35,819 nt of DNA from positions 1-35,819 of IMG/VR virus record IMGVR_UViG_3300045988_054362; one strand, 5' to 3'. A program made the translations under genes and the position numbers. The notes under the pieces are model-generated. The model searched no databases, was not told the DNA's origin, and saw only the letters and a program-made list of their open reading frames with translations. Each line of letters starts with the position of its first letter. The first letter of the stretch is position 1. Shown in pieces: positions 34,193 to 35,819 of this stretch. Source of the stretch: a virus.

Positions 34193-34230
34193 CTTTACAA
34201 GTACATACTTGTATGCTATACTATATATGT
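34193..34230 (+). promoter_or_regulatory. Promoter/operator cassette, copy 1 (38-bp exact repeat)
   Basis: TTTACA (34194-34199), 17-nt spacer, TGc-TATACT (34217-34222). The spacer carries the palindrome ACAAGTA-CA-TACTTGT. Confidence 0.6.
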
Positions 34231-34268
34231 GGTCAGAGATAAGGAATATTTGTTTTAGGAGGTAAAAT

Positions 34269-34391
34269 ATGAAAACAAATGAAAAAAGCAATCACAAAGC
34301 AGAACGAGCTAACATCTACTTAGAGATTGCTAAGAATGTTATTGAGATTATAGTGTTAATAATAACATTCATCAAGAGTTTAGGGAATTAA
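34269..34391 (+). CDS. Small hydrophobic-tailed peptide (40 aa; toxin- or holin-like candidate)
   Basis: ATG follows TAGGAGGT. MKTNEKSNHKAERANIYLEIAKNVIEIIVLIITFIKSLGN. A palindromic hairpin TTAGGGAATT/AATTCCCTAA overlaps the stop codon. Confidence 0.45.
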   Translation: MKTNEKSNHKAERANIYLEIAKNVIEIIVLIITFIKSLGN

Positions 34392-34439
34392 TTCCCTAAC
34401 TCTTTACTTCATTGTACCACATAAAAGGAGGAACAAGGA

Positions 34440-34529
34440 ATGGAAAAGCTAGAAAAAATTAAAATGATTTTAGACGCAATTATTATTGTATTATTAATTG
34501 CAATATTGATTGTATGGTTCGTTAAGTAA
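34440..34529 (+). CDS. Small transmembrane peptide (29 aa)
   Basis: ATG follows AAAGGAGGAA. MEKLEKIKMILDAIIIVLLIAILIVWFVK. Confidence 0.45.
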   Translation: MEKLEKIKMILDAIIIVLLIAILIVWFVK

Positions 34530-34550
34530 TATATAAGGAGGACGCAAGAA

Positions 34551-34829
34551 ATGATAGATACCGCTAATGCAAAATGGGACTTCTCAAAAGAAGAAAAATA
34601 TGTTATTAAATGGTTCAATGATAATGGATTTAACGGAAAGATAATAAAACAATATGTAAGCAAGACAATTTTTGAAATAGAAAAAGACAACATAGTTGAT
34701 AAATTTGAATTACCTCAAGGAATTGTGTTTCACAATATATCATCCTACATGAAACAATTCCAAAAAAACTGGGATATGATATGTGAATTACACAAATTGA
34801 GACAATTGAATAGGAGGAAACAGAAATGA
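34551..34829 (+). CDS. Hypothetical protein
   Basis: ATG follows TAAGGAGGA. 92 aa. Confidence 0.6.
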   Translation: MIDTANAKWDFSKEEKYVIKWFNDNGFNGKIIKQYVSKTIFEIEKDNIVDKFELPQGIVFHNISSYMKQFQKNWDMICELHKLRQLNRRKQK

Positions 34830-35029
34830 CAAATTTAAAACAATTGCAAAAGGTATGTAAAGAAGTAAATGAAAAGATGGATACAGTTAATGAAGAAGAA
34901 TTGAAAGAAATCGTAAATGGATATTACAAGAATGATGTAATATCTTGCAGACAATGGGATTTCTTAATTGGCTACATTGAAAGAAAAGAAAAGATTAGTG
35001 ATAATTTCGCATTTATGTATAGCGAATAG
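34826..35029 (+). CDS. Hypothetical protein
   Basis: ATGA overlap following AGGAGGAA. 67 aa. Confidence 0.55.
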   Translation: MTNLKQLQKVCKEVNEKMDTVNEEELKEIVNGYYKNDVISCRQWDFLIGYIERKEKISDNFAFMYSE

Positions 35030-35037
35030 GAGGTATC

Positions 35038-35220
35038 ATGGTTTCAGAAGCAAAGATTAGAGCTAACAATAAATCGAATAAGATTAATACAACGACGGTT
35101 TGCGTTCGTTTAAGTTACAACACGGACGCAGACATCATAAAGAAATTAGATGAAGTTGATTCTAAAATGGGATATATCAAAAAATTAATCAGAAAAGATA
35201 TGCAGACTAAAAAAAAATAG
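35038..35220 (+). CDS. Ribbon-helix-helix (Arc/CopG-like) DNA-binding protein candidate
   Basis: ATG follows TAGGAGGT. TTVCVRLSYNTDADIIKKLDEVDSKMGYIKKLIRKDM fits a strand-helix-helix layout. Confidence 0.45.
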   Translation: MVSEAKIRANNKSNKINTTTVCVRLSYNTDADIIKKLDEVDSKMGYIKKLIRKDMQTKKK

Positions 35221-35229
35221 TCTGTTTTC
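35203..35229 (+). terminator. Intrinsic terminator overlapping the RHH gene stop
   Basis: CAGACTA, A8 loop, TAGTCTG, then TTTTC. Confidence 0.6.
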
Positions 35230-35239
35230 TTTAAAAGTT

Positions 35240-35277
35240 CTTTACAAGTACATACTTGTATGCTATACTATATATGT
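35240..35277 (+). promoter_or_regulatory. Promoter/operator cassette, copy 2 (38-bp exact repeat)
   Basis: Identical to 34193-34230. TTTACA at 35241-35246 and TATACT at 35264-35269. Confidence 0.6.
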
Positions 35278-35309
35278 AAAAAGTACTTAGGTACTAGGAG
35301 GAACAAGAA

Positions 35310-35519
35310 ATGAAAAAAGAAGAGTATTTAGATGAATATCGATTAGAATTATTTGGAATGAGTAATGAATATCTGTTATTTGAATTAGGTTATATTGCAA
35401 AAAAAATAGGAAGATTTGAAAAAATGAATGAACATGACCAAAACACAGATGCGATTTTAGAAAAATATAGAAAGCAGTATAAGGTATGTGAAGAATATAT
35501 TTTATCAAGAATGAAATAA
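35310..35519 (+). CDS. Hypothetical protein
   Basis: ATG follows TAGGAGGAA. 69 aa. Confidence 0.55.
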   Translation: MKKEEYLDEYRLELFGMSNEYLLFELGYIAKKIGRFEKMNEHDQNTDAILEKYRKQYKVCEEYILSRMK

Positions 35520-35537
35520 AGAAAAGAGGAACAGGAA

Positions 35538-35819
35538 ATGACAAATTTAGAAAAGGCAGTACAGATAATTGTAAACGACTATAAAACAACACTTCAAAAT
35601 GACTATTCGGATTGGGATATTAATTCATGGTCAGATATGATTGAAGCATTTGGGCAAGATTCAAGAGGTGTTAAAGAAGATGTTATTTATGTATTAATGG
35701 GAGCAAATATTTATTTAAATGATGATTGTGAATTAGAGGAACAAGATGGTACTACAATTAGCTACAGAAAGTTAATGAATGAAGTTAGAAAAGAAATGAA
35801 AAATAGAGTATTTAAATAA
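35538..35819 (+). CDS. Hypothetical acidic protein
   Basis: ATG follows AGAGGAACAGGAA. Its stop codon is the last triplet of the window. Confidence 0.55.
   Translation: MTNLEKAVQIIVNDYKTTLQNDYSDWDINSWSDMIEAFGQDSRGVKEDVIYVLMGANIYLNDDCELEEQDGTTISYRKLMNEVRKEMKNRVFK

Noticed and set aside
1-35819. Known defence or anti-defence systems, integrase/excisionase, CRISPR, a reverse transcriptase/DGR, or a toxin-antitoxin pair with recognisable domains.
   Set aside because: I could not recognise any corresponding catalytic motifs in any frame. Only the speculative small-peptide and RHH candidates at the right end were retained.

Overview
The window reads as a near-complete temperate siphovirus or prophage genome from a low-GC Gram-positive host. 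It is AT-rich with strong GGAGG-type Shine-Dalgarno sites. Layout: a leftward lysogeny pair (XRE/cI-like repressor plus a membrane protein, 158-1163), then a divergent promoter/operator region. A rightward early module follows: ERF, NinB-like, RusA, a DnaD-like replication initiator with an internal iteron origin, a split C5 DNA methyltransferase, DUF3310, dimeric dUTPase and SSB. An ArpU/RinA-like late regulator (11353-11679) comes next, then a complete late module: terS, terL, portal, minor head protein, scaffold, capsid, connectors, major tail, chaperones, tape measure, Dit, Gp37-like tail protein, holin and CHAP endolysin. The right end holds short promoter-driven accessory cassettes. No integrase or excisionase is present in the window.

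Main discovery candidate: between the late regulator and the packaging genes lies a self-contained tRNA gene (11706-11781). It has the scaffold and hallmarks of a bacterial initiator tRNA-fMet, but its anticodon is UAU instead of CAU. In parallel, at least eight indispensable late genes have no ATG/GTG/TTG at their true 5' ends. These are terS, portal, a fibre-module gene, major capsid, major tail, tape measure, Dit and endolysin. Each begins with ATA at canonical SD spacing, usually right after or overlapping the upstream stop codon. For the endolysin, the CHAP catalytic cysteine lies upstream of the first ATG. Together this suggests a phage-private translation-initiation code (AUA read by a phage initiator tRNA) that licenses late and lysis gene expression.

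Other points of interest:
- A receptor-binding fibre module is inserted between the portal and minor head genes.
- A cargo island splits holin from endolysin.
- Two genes are interrupted at poly-A tracts.
- Promoter/operator cassettes are duplicated.
- GACCCCAA repeats cluster at the left end.
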